DNA of 32,558 nt from the NCBI GenBank assembly GCA_023396665.1, contig JAEWVL010000133.1, forward strand, positions 1-32,558. The letters run 5' to 3'. The translations under genes were made by a program, and so were the position numbers. Under the pieces are notes generated by a model. That model was not told the DNA's origin. It was given only the letters and a program-made list of their open reading frames with translations, and did no database searches. This DNA is from Spirochaetota bacterium (lineage in GTDB: Bacteria > Spirochaetota > UBA4802 > JAFGJZ01). Below, one piece after another: positions 8,365-15,945 of the stretch. Numbering within the stretch: the first letter of the stretch is position 1; each line of letters opens with the position of its first letter.

Positions 8365-9206
8365 GCCGCCCCCCCCTTGAGTGAAACGATCCGATCAAGA
8401 AGTGCGCTGAATCTTGCACGGTATGACTCGTCCGCGTCGAGAATTGTCTTTCCCCGCGAGATAGCCTCTGCGATTTTTCTTTCGTCGGGAATCTTCATCA
8501 GAATTTCAATGTTCTCTTTAGTGCAGTAGGTATCCACCCGCCCGTCACCCGAGTCGCAGCGGTTAATAATCACGCCGAAAGGAATACCGAGCATGCGCAC
8601 GGTTCGCACCGCAAGAACAAGGTCGTGTAATCCGAAGGGTGTCGGCTCGGTGACCAGTATCGCGAAATCGCTTCGTTTGACGGCGTTTATCATCGGACAC
8701 GATGTTCCGGGTGGCGAGTCGATAATGTTGATACCCTGCGCTGTGATATGTTTTTTAACTTCGTGAATTACCGGTGGTGACATTGCACGACCGATTTCAA
8801 GTTCGCCGCTGACGAGTGTCACAGCGCCCTTTTTGCTTTTCGTTATTGTTCCGATGCGAACAGGGTTTTCCTGTATCGCCTTTTGCGGGCAGACGAGGGC
8901 GCATCCTCCGCAGCTGTGACACAGTTCCGGATAGACACGCGCTTTTTTCGCGATAATGACAATCGCATTGTATTCGCATAGGGCCTGACATTTTCCACAG
9001 CCGTCGCACAGATCAGTGCTTACTTCGGGGATGGGCACCGTGACTGCAGTAAGCTCTTCTTCGGCGCTACCGAAGAAGAGCTCGTCGTTCGCTCCCTCGA
9101 CATCACAGTCAAGAAGCGTGATTTCTTTTCGTGCGGAAATCGAGAGTGCGGTCGAGACCGTAGTCTTGCCGGTTCCCCCTTTCCCTGAAGCTACAGCGAT
9201 GACCAT
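8361..9206 (-). CDS. MinD/ParA-type P-loop ATPase with inserted double 4Fe-4S ferredoxin motif, paralog A
   Basis: 281-aa ORF. Walker A at ASGKGGTGKTTVS. Ferredoxin motifs CDGCGKCQALCEYNAI and CHSCGGCALVCPQKAI. Confidence 0.85.
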   Translation of the reverse strand: MVIAVASGKGGTGKTTVSTALSISARKEITLLDCDVEGANDELFFGSAEEELTAVTVPIPEVSTDLCDGCGKCQALCEYNAIVIIAKKARVYPELCHSCGGCALVCPQKAIQENPVRIGTITKSKKGAVTLVSGELEIGRAMSPPVIHEVKKHITAQGINIIDSPPGTSCPMINAVKRSDFAILVTEPTPFGLHDLVLAVRTVRMLGIPFGVIINRCDSGDGRVDTYCTKENIEILMKIPDERKIAEAISRGKTILDADESYRARFSALLDRIVSLKGGAA

Positions 9207-9264
9207 TGTATACCTCTGCCTTGTCCTGGCTTAAACTTTCTTATGGGCTCAGTCGCATACAAGA

Positions 9265-9624
9265 TCACCAGTGCCCCTCCACATCAGCGGTATCGGCACA
9301 GCTCAGCTTGCCCTCTTTCAACAGGTCAAGCGCCTGCTGAATGCTGACATTTTCGATATTGTATATCGCAATCTCTGCCGATCTGAGAACATCGAAAGCC
9401 TTCGGCCCCGTATGCCCTGTAATAAGAACCTTCGCGCCGCTATTGATAACATTTTGTGCCGACTGGATGCCGGCACCCTGTGCGGCGTTCAGATTCTGTG
9501 TGTTGTCGACCAGTTGAAAATCACCGTTTTCACTGTCGAAAATCAGGAAACGGGGGGCACGACCGAAACGGCTGTCGACCGGACTGGAAAGATTCTCACC
9601 GCTTGTGCTCACCGCTATAATCAT
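9265..9624 (-). CDS. NifX/NifB-like Nitro_FeMo-Co family protein, copy 2
   Basis: 119-aa ORF. MIIAVSTSGENLSSPVDSRFGRAPRFLIFD...AQGAGIQSAQNVINSGAKVLITGHTGPKAFDVL is the family signature. The start overlaps the upstream DUF5320 stop by 4 nt (9621..9624). Confidence 0.8.
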   Translation of the reverse strand: MIIAVSTSGENLSSPVDSRFGRAPRFLIFDSENGDFQLVDNTQNLNAAQGAGIQSAQNVINSGAKVLITGHTGPKAFDVLRSAEIAIYNIENVSIQQALDLLKEGKLSCADTADVEGHW

Positions 9625-9965
9625 TGATTACCTTCCAGTTTGTTGAGACGTTCGTTGAGCGCTTCGATCTGTGAGTTAAGATAGTCTTTCTGGCTGGCAA
9701 GCATATCGCGTTCCTGTTGCGGCGTCATTTCCTGGCGAATTCCGTTATTGTACGCGCCGACGCCGCCGAAACCGAAAAAACCATTGCCGAAAAAGCCGCG
9801 AAACCCTCTTCCGAATCCGCCGCCCCGGCGTCCACCGCCGAAACCCCAAAAACCGCCGCCCGGTCTTGTCATGTAACCCGGCTGTGAATTACCTGAACAA
9901 AAACCCAAACCTCTTCCTGTCATGGGTCCCATTCCCGCAGGACCTGTTCCGTTTCCACCTGGCAT
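9621..9965 (-). CDS. DUF5320-type protein: N-terminal MPGGNGTGPxGMGPMTGRGxGxC motif, Gly/Arg/Phe-rich low-complexity core, C-terminal coiled coil
   Basis: The track ORF 9621..10088 is trimmed to the ATG at 9965..9963, which has a strong AAGGAGG Shine-Dalgarno 6 nt upstream. The resulting N-terminus MPGGNGTGPAGMGPMTGRGLGFCSG matches how this family normally begins. The extension upstream overlaps the preceding gene. Confidence 0.7.
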   Translation of the reverse strand: MPGGNGTGPAGMGPMTGRGLGFCSGNSQPGYMTRPGGGFWGFGGGRRGGGFGRGFRGFFGNGFFGFGGVGAYNNGIRQEMTPQQERDMLASQKDYLNSQIEALNERLNKLEGNQ

Positions 9966-9987
9966 ATGCTGCCTCCTTGTTTGGAAT

Positions 9988-10377
9988 CTATACATTATCA
10001 GAAAACTGCCGCCATCCTCCGCGTCGTCGTCGTCCGCATCTGCGGCGGGGACAACTGCATCCGGGCATTGAAAAACGCTGTTCGACAAGTGCGCCTGTTT
10101 TTATCGCGTCGACTACTTCGTCCAGAGATCCCGCGACAAAAGAAACGATCTCAATGCCTTTGCACAGAAGTAATTGCTCTGTTTCCCGGCAGATCGCGCC
10201 GCAAACAAGTCGATCAATTTCGTTTTGCATAACAAACTGCTGCGCGCTGCTGCCGCCGTTTATGATGCGCACTTCACTTGCTTGCGTATTCGCAGCGTCT
10301 TCGATTACCAGAAAGCTTCTGGCAGAATCGAATACCGGAGCGATGCGATTATTCCAGGTTGCTATTGCAGTCTTCAT
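9988..10377 (-). CDS. NifX/NifB-like Nitro_FeMo-Co family protein, copy 1, with a basic Cys/Arg-rich C-terminal tail
   Basis: The track ORF starts at TTG 10386. The in-frame ATG at 10377 gives MKTAIATWNNRIAPVFDSARSFLVIED, the usual N-terminus of this family. The tail is PGCSCPRRRCGRRRRGG. No Shine-Dalgarno precedes either start. Confidence 0.7.
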   Translation of the reverse strand: MKTAIATWNNRIAPVFDSARSFLVIEDAANTQASEVRIINGGSSAQQFVMQNEIDRLVCGAICRETEQLLLCKGIEIVSFVAGSLDEVVDAIKTGALVEQRFSMPGCSCPRRRCGRRRRGGWRQFSDNV

Positions 10378-10389
10378 GTCTGACAATAC

Positions 10390-10404
10390 GCATAAGTCGT
10401 GCCA
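10390..10404 (-). promoter_or_regulatory. candidate sigma-54 (-24/-12) promoter for the ORP-like operon
   Basis: The minus strand reads cTGGCACGACTTATGCg, against the consensus TGGCACG-N4-TTGCW. The GG-to-GC spacing is exact and there is one mismatch in the -12 element. It lies directly downstream of a sigma-54 activator gene. The predicted +1 falls about 1 nt before the ATG at 10377. Confidence 0.5.
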
Positions 10405-10473
10405 GAATTAGCAGTGAAAACTCTATTGATTATGACGAAAAACGGGGCTTTTTATTGCAGAAAAAATATAAAT

Positions 10474-10509
10474 GTCGCATAAATGCGAATGAAGTCGCAT
10501 TTATGCGAC
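10474..10509. promoter_or_regulatory. tandem dyad repeats (TCGCAT-AA-ATGCGA and TCGCAT-TT-ATGCGA, centres 20 bp apart): candidate enhancer (UAS) for the sigma-54 activator and/or terminator hairpin of the activator gene
   Basis: 10475..10488 and 10495..10508 are each self-complementary and are also mutual inverted repeats. They lie about 80 and 100 bp upstream of the -24 element. On the minus strand the structure is followed by ATTTATATTTTTT, so it could also act as an intrinsic terminator after the stop at 10539. Confidence 0.45.
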
Positions 10510-10538
10510 TTCAGTACTGTTGAAAACGGGGATGTTTT

Positions 10539-11897
10539 TCAGATTGTGATGCCGTAGCGTTTCATCTTGCGGTAGAGCGTGGCCCTGTCGATGCCCAGCT
10601 GTTTTGCACTTTCGCTGACATCATTGCCGTTTGTCTCAAGTGTTTGCAGTATCGTGCTTTTCTCCGCCTCGCTTCTTGTCTGTCGTATTGATGTCGCCGC
10701 TGTTTCGGGGGAGGGCCTGTGCTGTGTGCTGAATTGTTCGCTTTGCAGATGCTCTTTTCGTATCTCTTTTTTGTCGCACAACACAACGGCGCGCTCGATC
10801 ACGTTTTCCAGCTCACGGATGTTTCCGGGCCAATCGTAGTTGTATAACAGAGAAAAAACTTCGGCTTGTATCGTGCTGACCTGTTTGTCCATAATTCGGG
10901 CGAATTTGTGCAGGAAACCCTCGGCAAGCAAGGGTATGTCCTCTTTACGCTCGCGCAGCGGCGGCAGTCGCAGTTCAATCACGTTGATGCGGTAATAAAG
11001 ATCTTCCCTGAAGGCGCCTTCTGAAACCATCTGTTTGAGGTTCTTGTTGCTTGCGCAGATAACGCGGAAGTCACAGTGTTCTGACTTTAGCGCGCCGAGC
11101 GGTTCGTATTCGCGCTCCTGCAGAACACGCAAGAGTTTCACCTGCAGGGGCAGGGGCATCTCGCCGATCTCGTCGAGAAAGACCGTTCCGCTTTTCGCAA
11201 GAGCGAAGCGGCCGGGTTTATCTTTTTCTGCGCCGGTAAAGGCTCCTTTTTTGTAGCCGAAAAGTTCTGATTCAAGTAGGGTGTCGGGCAGGGCTGCACA
11301 GTTAACGGCGATGAAAGGGCCTTTTTTGCGTCCGCTTAAATCATGGATGCTGTGGGCGAGCAATTCCTTTCCCGTTCCTGTTTCACCCTGAATCAGAATG
11401 GTGCTTTCGGTAGGGGCGGCCGCGTTCACCACTTCGAAGAGCTTTTCCATCGCGGCATTGTTTGACGAGATGCTTCCGAGCACGGCGCGGCTTTTGAGCT
11501 CGCTTTTGAGCATCTCGATTTCGCGCAGATCTCTGAAGGTCTCGGCACCGCCGATCACCGTCCCGGTTTCGTCAATGAGCAGGGCGGTAGAAACACTCAC
11601 GGGAATGCGTTCGCCTTTGACGGTGATTATGTATCCCGCCTTATTGATTATGGGTTTGCCGGTTTTCAGTGTATGGCGCAGAGGGCATTCACTTTCGCAC
11701 ATATTCGATTTGAACACTTCACAGCACAGGGCTCCGATCGCTTCGCTGCGCCGGATTCCGGTGATATTCTCGGCAGCCCGGTTAAACGAGGTGATGCGCC
11801 ATTGCGGGTCTACCGTAAAAACGCCGTCGGAGATGCTTTCAAGAATGTTGTCTGTTTTGTGCAATCCCAACCCCCTTTTGAGGAAAGCCCGCGTCAA
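10539..11897 (-). CDS. sigma-54-dependent transcriptional activator (PAS sensor + AAA+ domain + Fis-type HTH)
   Basis: 452-aa ORF with a TTG start and AGAGGA 6 nt upstream. PAS region ILESISDGVFTVDPQWRITSFNRAAENITG with a Cys cluster (CCEVFKSNMCESECP). Walker A GETGTGKE, ESELFGY, the sigma-54 contact motif GAFTGA, and a C-terminal HTH SAKQLGIDRATLYRKMKRYGI. Confidence 0.9.
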   Translation of the reverse strand: MTRAFLKRGLGLHKTDNILESISDGVFTVDPQWRITSFNRAAENITGIRRSEAIGALCCEVFKSNMCESECPLRHTLKTGKPIINKAGYIITVKGERIPVSVSTALLIDETGTVIGGAETFRDLREIEMLKSELKSRAVLGSISSNNAAMEKLFEVVNAAAPTESTILIQGETGTGKELLAHSIHDLSGRKKGPFIAVNCAALPDTLLESELFGYKKGAFTGAEKDKPGRFALAKSGTVFLDEIGEMPLPLQVKLLRVLQEREYEPLGALKSEHCDFRVICASNKNLKQMVSEGAFREDLYYRINVIELRLPPLRERKEDIPLLAEGFLHKFARIMDKQVSTIQAEVFSLLYNYDWPGNIRELENVIERAVVLCDKKEIRKEHLQSEQFSTQHRPSPETAATSIRQTRSEAEKSTILQTLETNGNDVSESAKQLGIDRATLYRKMKRYGITI

Positions 11898-12054
11898 TAA
11901 TGTCCTCTTTCATGCCGTATCTGTCAAGGGTTTCACGGGACATGAATATCTATACACCTTTACGTGATACAATCTGGCGTTTCGGGATGATTACTTCGTA
12001 GCAAATTTGACTTTCGGAGGAACCGGAGCTACGGGCAGGTCGCTGTACGCTTAT

Positions 12055-12639
12055 TCAGCCTTCTGTGTTTCGCAACATGTCGATAAAGCAGTGATAATCC
12101 GGTACCGAGCTGCTTCCATGCCAGAAGAGCGCTTCCGCGACTCCCTGCAGCGATCCCCAGAATGCCAGAGCCAGCGAATGGGGATCACCCGGCTTTATCG
12201 ATTTGTCATTCTGGCCTTTTTCAATTACCGAGACCGACAACCTGATTCGTTTTCCGGATTTTCTGACCATCTCGGAATGAAAGGGGATGGATTTCTGTGT
12301 CAGTATCTGATTGAGCAGGAGAAAATGATGCTTGGTGTCTTTTTCAAGAAACGACTCCAGTGTAAGCCGGGCTATTTCGGAAAAAACCGCAAGAGGGGCA
12401 TCAGCGGAGCCGAGAAGTTTTTCAAACAAGGCGTTTCCCTTGTCTGTTTCCTTCAGCAACTCTTCGAGAATATCCTGCTTGGTCGGGAAATAATGAAAAA
12501 TAAGTCCGACACTGATGCCCGCCGCTTTCGCGATATCCCTCACTGTCGTTCCGTGATACCCGTTCGTTACAAAAAGAGTGAGGCTGGCGGAAAGCATCTT
12601 ATCCTTCTGTTTCGCCACCTGTTCCGATCTTTTACCCAT
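12055..12639 (-). CDS. TetR/AcrR-family transcriptional regulator
   Basis: Trimmed to the ATG at 12639, which has GGGGGA 5 nt upstream. The N-terminal HTH MLSASLTLFVTNGYHGTTVRDIAKAAGISVGLIFHYFPTKQDIL is canonical TetR_N. Confidence 0.85.
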   Translation of the reverse strand: MGKRSEQVAKQKDKMLSASLTLFVTNGYHGTTVRDIAKAAGISVGLIFHYFPTKQDILEELLKETDKGNALFEKLLGSADAPLAVFSEIARLTLESFLEKDTKHHFLLLNQILTQKSIPFHSEMVRKSGKRIRLSVSVIEKGQNDKSIKPGDPHSLALAFWGSLQGVAEALFWHGSSSVPDYHCFIDMLRNTEG

Positions 12640-12795
12640 TGTTTCCCCCTGAACAAGAATCGCATCATGCAGGCGGCTTGTCAATTATATTGATAGGCCC
12701 TTTGTGTTTTGAGAATTTCACAGCGGATTGTCCGGCTCGTTTTAAGGGGGGATGACAATCTGCTGTGTTGTAAGACATATGAGCATATCAAATTT

Positions 12796-12817
12796 TTATT
12801 GAGCAAACGATCAATAA
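12796..12817. promoter_or_regulatory. 22-bp palindromic operator-like site A (TTATTGAGCAAACGATCAATAA)
   Basis: One of four related sites sharing TTATTGA(G/A)CA-N2-TG-N-T(C/T)AAT(A/G)A. It lies in the TetR / secreted-protein divergent intergenic region, immediately upstream of a TTGACA -35 box at 12822..12827. Confidence 0.55.
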
Positions 12818-12847
12818 TAATTTGACAAAATTGTACGGTGATATTTA

Positions 12848-12869
12848 TTATTGAACATATGCTCAATAA
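12848..12869. promoter_or_regulatory. 22-bp palindromic operator-like site B (TTATTGAACATATGCTCAATAA)
   Basis: 20 of 22 positions are self-complementary. It overlaps the predicted -10/TSS region of the + strand promoter, 19 bp upstream of the ATG at 12888. Confidence 0.55.
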
Positions 12870-12887
12870 TAAATAGAGGATAAAACT

Positions 12888-13430
12888 ATGCAGAAAAAAT
12901 CAGCTTATGTACGTTTTCTATGCCTTGTTGTGCTGCTGCTTCTCTTTGTCGCTGTACTGGCAGCCGGGGAAAAAGCAGAGGTAAAGGTGTATGAGAATTC
13001 AGAACCGGAGTTCACAATAATGATCCCGGCTGACTGGAAAGGCGGGCCGGAATCGGCATCGAGAGAGAAGGGTGATTACCTGTTTAAATGGACGGGCGAG
13101 TGGAAAATGCCGGGCCTAATGGTTAGCAGGGCCGATTATTTTACCGAAGGCACTACGGCCGATGATCTTGCCGAAAAGGCAACAAAACTGTTGAAAGAGA
13201 AATTCAAAGGGAAAAATTTCGAAATTCTGTACACGAAAGAAATCAAATTTGTCGACGGAAGGTCGGGATATGAAGCCGGAACAAGATGGAAACATCCGAT
13301 GAACTTTGCCATCTTCACCACATTTGTGTGGGGAAAGAAAGGTGATACGGCTCTCGTGTGCGCAATGAGTGATATGAAACAGATTGATCAGACGCTTGTA
13401 AATTACATGTATACGCTTAGCATTAAATAA
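12888..13430 (+). CDS. secreted hypothetical protein
   Basis: 180-aa ORF with AGAGGA upstream and a signal peptide MQKKSAYVRFLCLVVLLLLFVAVLAAG. I recognise no family with confidence. Confidence 0.6.
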   Translation: MQKKSAYVRFLCLVVLLLLFVAVLAAGEKAEVKVYENSEPEFTIMIPADWKGGPESASREKGDYLFKWTGEWKMPGLMVSRADYFTEGTTADDLAEKATKLLKEKFKGKNFEILYTKEIKFVDGRSGYEAGTRWKHPMNFAIFTTFVWGKKGDTALVCAMSDMKQIDQTLVNYMYTLSIK

Positions 13431-13438
13431 ACGGGAAA

Positions 13439-13465
13439 GCGGCGGGAGAGTTAATCTCCCGCCGC
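13439..13465. terminator. GC-rich hairpin between convergent genes (likely bidirectional terminator)
   Basis: GCGGCGGGAGA (13439..13449), loop GTTAA, TCTCCCGCCGC (13455..13465): an 11-bp perfect stem. On the minus strand it is followed by CTTTCCCGTTTATTT. Confidence 0.6.
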
Positions 13466-13532
13466 TGATCTGCTGACTGCCGGCACAATGCATCCCGTAG
13501 TCACCCGGCAACTGTTGATTCCGCCGCTTCGA

Positions 13533-15788
13533 TTATTTCGTCCAGGCAAAGGTATGGCATCCTCTGATGTTATTGAATATGAGAAAATCCCCGTTTCGTG
13601 AGGCGCTGTAACCATTACGGGCTTGTCCCTCTTGCCAGGCGATCTTTCCGTCAATTGCGATCAGGCGTCTGCCTCCGAACAGTGGTATCGCAATGTCCCC
13701 TTCGACATGCTCCGGTGCTTCAACTGTCATCACAAAGCGGCTGTTCCTGTTATCCCTCTTCCATCTGACAGAGATGACCCCGCCGGGAACGGGCACCTTT
13801 CCCTGAGCCCACGCAAGATCAGCAGTGTGCGGACGCACAACGAATTTTCTGAAGCCGTCATCGAGCGGCCTGACGCCGACGACATTCATGGAAAGTGCCG
13901 GAACAGCCGTACTCCATGCGTGGGCCATTCCGAGAAAACCGGTTCCCTGGCCCACGGCGCGCGGATTGAGCGGTTTCCCGTCCGTACCGATCTCCTCCCA
14001 GGGGGTAGGCCCGTACTCGAGCATGTTGCCCCAGGCGCGGCGTATCAGATCAAGCGCTCCCCGGTCATCACCGTAATTGCATCTGCCGATCGCCTCATTC
14101 GCCATCAGATACGGCGAGATGTATCGGGCCATATAGGGATTGTCTGAAAATTCCGAAGTCAGTGTCCCGTACTTGCTTCCCAGTTTTGTATTCAAATGCC
14201 TTATCACCCGGTTCGCCATTCTCTCGTCCAGCATTTCGAAAAGCAGGGCACCGACGTTCGATTCGGCCGCATGATCCGGCACAGGACACTTTGAGTTCTG
14301 CAGCATGGCTCCGGCTTTTTCATCCCAGAACCGGTCAAGCAGTTCACGCTTTACCTTTTGTGCGAGTTTCTCCAGCCTCTGCGCTTCGACCTCATCATTC
14401 GCGATGACACTTTCAAGTCTTGCCATGGAAAGCAATGCCGCGTAGTAAGCCTCGTTTCCGTATACGTCTATACCGATACATTCATCCGCCGGATGCCAGT
14501 TGTAGGGTATTTTCCCGTCATAGGCATCGCTTACCCAGAGCACTCCACCCTTTTCGCTATGCTTGCTGAAAAAATCCATCAAACGCCTTGCGCATGGCAG
14601 CAGCGGTCTGACAGCCGCAACATCGCCGCTGTATCGCAGATAATCGTCGAGCTGAATCACCCACCACAGTGAAAAGCTGTCAATCCGCAGAAATTCATCC
14701 CAGGCCATGGCGTATCCGTCCGGAACACCGTCCGCTGGTCCCGGATCCATATATGGTTCAAAAGGAGTGTCAATTCTGCTTGAAAATGTCATTACGCCCT
14801 CGGGCAGCTGCTGCACGGCAAACAGATAGAGGCAATCCCTGATAATGTCATGATACGCGATACCCTGATAGAAAGCCGAAAGACCGGCAATCCGCAGATC
14901 ATTGTTCCACACCGTCCTGTCGCGCTTCGGGCCATCCATGATTATCCATCCCGCTTTCGGGTTAAATCGCGTGTCCTTCGCCGTTGACAGATCGACGGAG
15001 AAGGCGCTCGCATACCATGCCCTGTTGAGCGTTTCATCGCTTGAAAGAAAATGGCCGTCGTATTGTGCCTGAAAATTGGTTTTTCGAATGCGGACAAAAT
15101 CGAATGTAGCCGATCCGGGACCGTCCAGTGTTATCGCGATATAACGCTGCGAGCCGCGTATACCCGGGCTGATCAGAACCGTATGGGGTTTCGGTTTTGA
15201 AATTATCGGTACAGAAAAAACATCGGCCCTTCCGTCGGGGTTGTCGTCCGGGCCGTCCGATGAACCGAATTTGAAGTACAGACTGTCTTCCCTTGCGTCA
15301 CCGTCGCCCCATTTTCCCAGCATGGGCAGATACTCGGCGTATGACATTCGTATCGGAGCTCCCGATGATGCGACGACGCCGAGTTCGACGAAGCCGCATC
15401 CCAGAGTGCCCAGATCAATCACCAGGCGGGAACTGCCTTCTGAAGAAGTGGTGATGGTAGCGGTTTGCTCGTCGCCGAATTTTTCGCTTATGTCGGCTCG
15501 CAAAATTCCCTTCGGGTTTCTCACCTCGGCGCTATTGCCTTCGACGCGAACCGTTTCGGGAAATACGAAATCTCCATCTCTATTCAATACATACTTTTTC
15601 CATGAATCGTTTTCACTGACTGGTTGTGCCGACAAAGCTTCCGATGATGCAAGCGTCGGCAGAGGCAGAAACAGCCATGAAAGATACCATACTGCTGTCA
15701 GCAACATCATCTTGCTTTTGTGCCCTGCGCATTTCCCCGATGCGTTCCTGCAACCGGAAGAAACGCTTATGCCATTACAAATACACAT
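13533..15788 (-). CDS. six-hairpin (alpha/alpha)6 glycoside hydrolase, alpha-L-rhamnosidase (GH78)-like
   Basis: 751-aa ORF. The ATG at 15788 has GGAGA 6 nt upstream; an alternative start is MM at 15710, just before the hydrophobic signal segment LLTAVWYLSWLFLPLPTLASS. MDGPKRDRTVWNNDL, WWVIQLDDYLRYSGD, NEAYYAALLSMARLE, and the C-terminal GMAHAWSTAVPALSMNVVGVRPLDDGFRKFVVRPHTADLAWAQGKVPVPGGVISVRW resemble the Bac_rhamnosid-type catalytic and C-terminal domains. Family assignment is from memory only. Confidence 0.6.
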   Translation of the reverse strand: MCICNGISVSSGCRNASGKCAGHKSKMMLLTAVWYLSWLFLPLPTLASSEALSAQPVSENDSWKKYVLNRDGDFVFPETVRVEGNSAEVRNPKGILRADISEKFGDEQTATITTSSEGSSRLVIDLGTLGCGFVELGVVASSGAPIRMSYAEYLPMLGKWGDGDAREDSLYFKFGSSDGPDDNPDGRADVFSVPIISKPKPHTVLISPGIRGSQRYIAITLDGPGSATFDFVRIRKTNFQAQYDGHFLSSDETLNRAWYASAFSVDLSTAKDTRFNPKAGWIIMDGPKRDRTVWNNDLRIAGLSAFYQGIAYHDIIRDCLYLFAVQQLPEGVMTFSSRIDTPFEPYMDPGPADGVPDGYAMAWDEFLRIDSFSLWWVIQLDDYLRYSGDVAAVRPLLPCARRLMDFFSKHSEKGGVLWVSDAYDGKIPYNWHPADECIGIDVYGNEAYYAALLSMARLESVIANDEVEAQRLEKLAQKVKRELLDRFWDEKAGAMLQNSKCPVPDHAAESNVGALLFEMLDERMANRVIRHLNTKLGSKYGTLTSEFSDNPYMARYISPYLMANEAIGRCNYGDDRGALDLIRRAWGNMLEYGPTPWEEIGTDGKPLNPRAVGQGTGFLGMAHAWSTAVPALSMNVVGVRPLDDGFRKFVVRPHTADLAWAQGKVPVPGGVISVRWKRDNRNSRFVMTVEAPEHVEGDIAIPLFGGRRLIAIDGKIAWQEGQARNGYSASRNGDFLIFNNIRGCHTFAWTK

Positions 15789-15809
15789 GATTTGTCTCCA
15801 TCATTTTTT

Positions 15810-15831
15810 TTATTGAGCAAATGATTAATGA
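15810..15831. promoter_or_regulatory. 22-bp operator-like site C (TTATTGAGCAAATGATTAATGA), with a degenerate right half
   Basis: Same motif as sites A and B. It lies 22 bp upstream of the hydrolase ATG and overlaps the predicted -10 of the minus-strand promoter (TTGACA, reverse complement of 15848..15853). Confidence 0.5.
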
Positions 15832-15848
15832 TTGACGAGTTCGGGCTT

Positions 15849-15888
15849 GTCAACAAATTATTGAACAAATGCTCAATAATTTGTTGAC
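15849..15888. promoter_or_regulatory. operator-like site D (core TTATTGAACAAATGCTCAATAA, 15858..15879) embedded in a 40-bp palindrome with perfect 16-bp arms
   Basis: GTCAACAAATTATTGA (15849..15864) and TCAATAATTTGTTGAC (15873..15888) are exact reverse complements. The arms contain -35-like boxes for both divergent genes: TTGACA on the minus strand and TTGACG at 15884..15889 on the plus strand. Confidence 0.6.
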
Positions 15889-15945
15889 GAATCATTACTA
15901 CAGAGATGAACGTCGCGAAATGAAAGGCATAAAAAGGAGATGAAC

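Noticed and set aside
9966-10088. N-terminal 41-codon extension of the DUF5320 ORF given in the track (start 10088)
   Set aside because: It overlaps the 3' end of the preceding NifX-like gene in another frame and is Asp/Ala-rich filler. The internal ATG at 9965 has a strong AAGGAGG SD and gives the family-typical MPGGNGTGP N-terminus.
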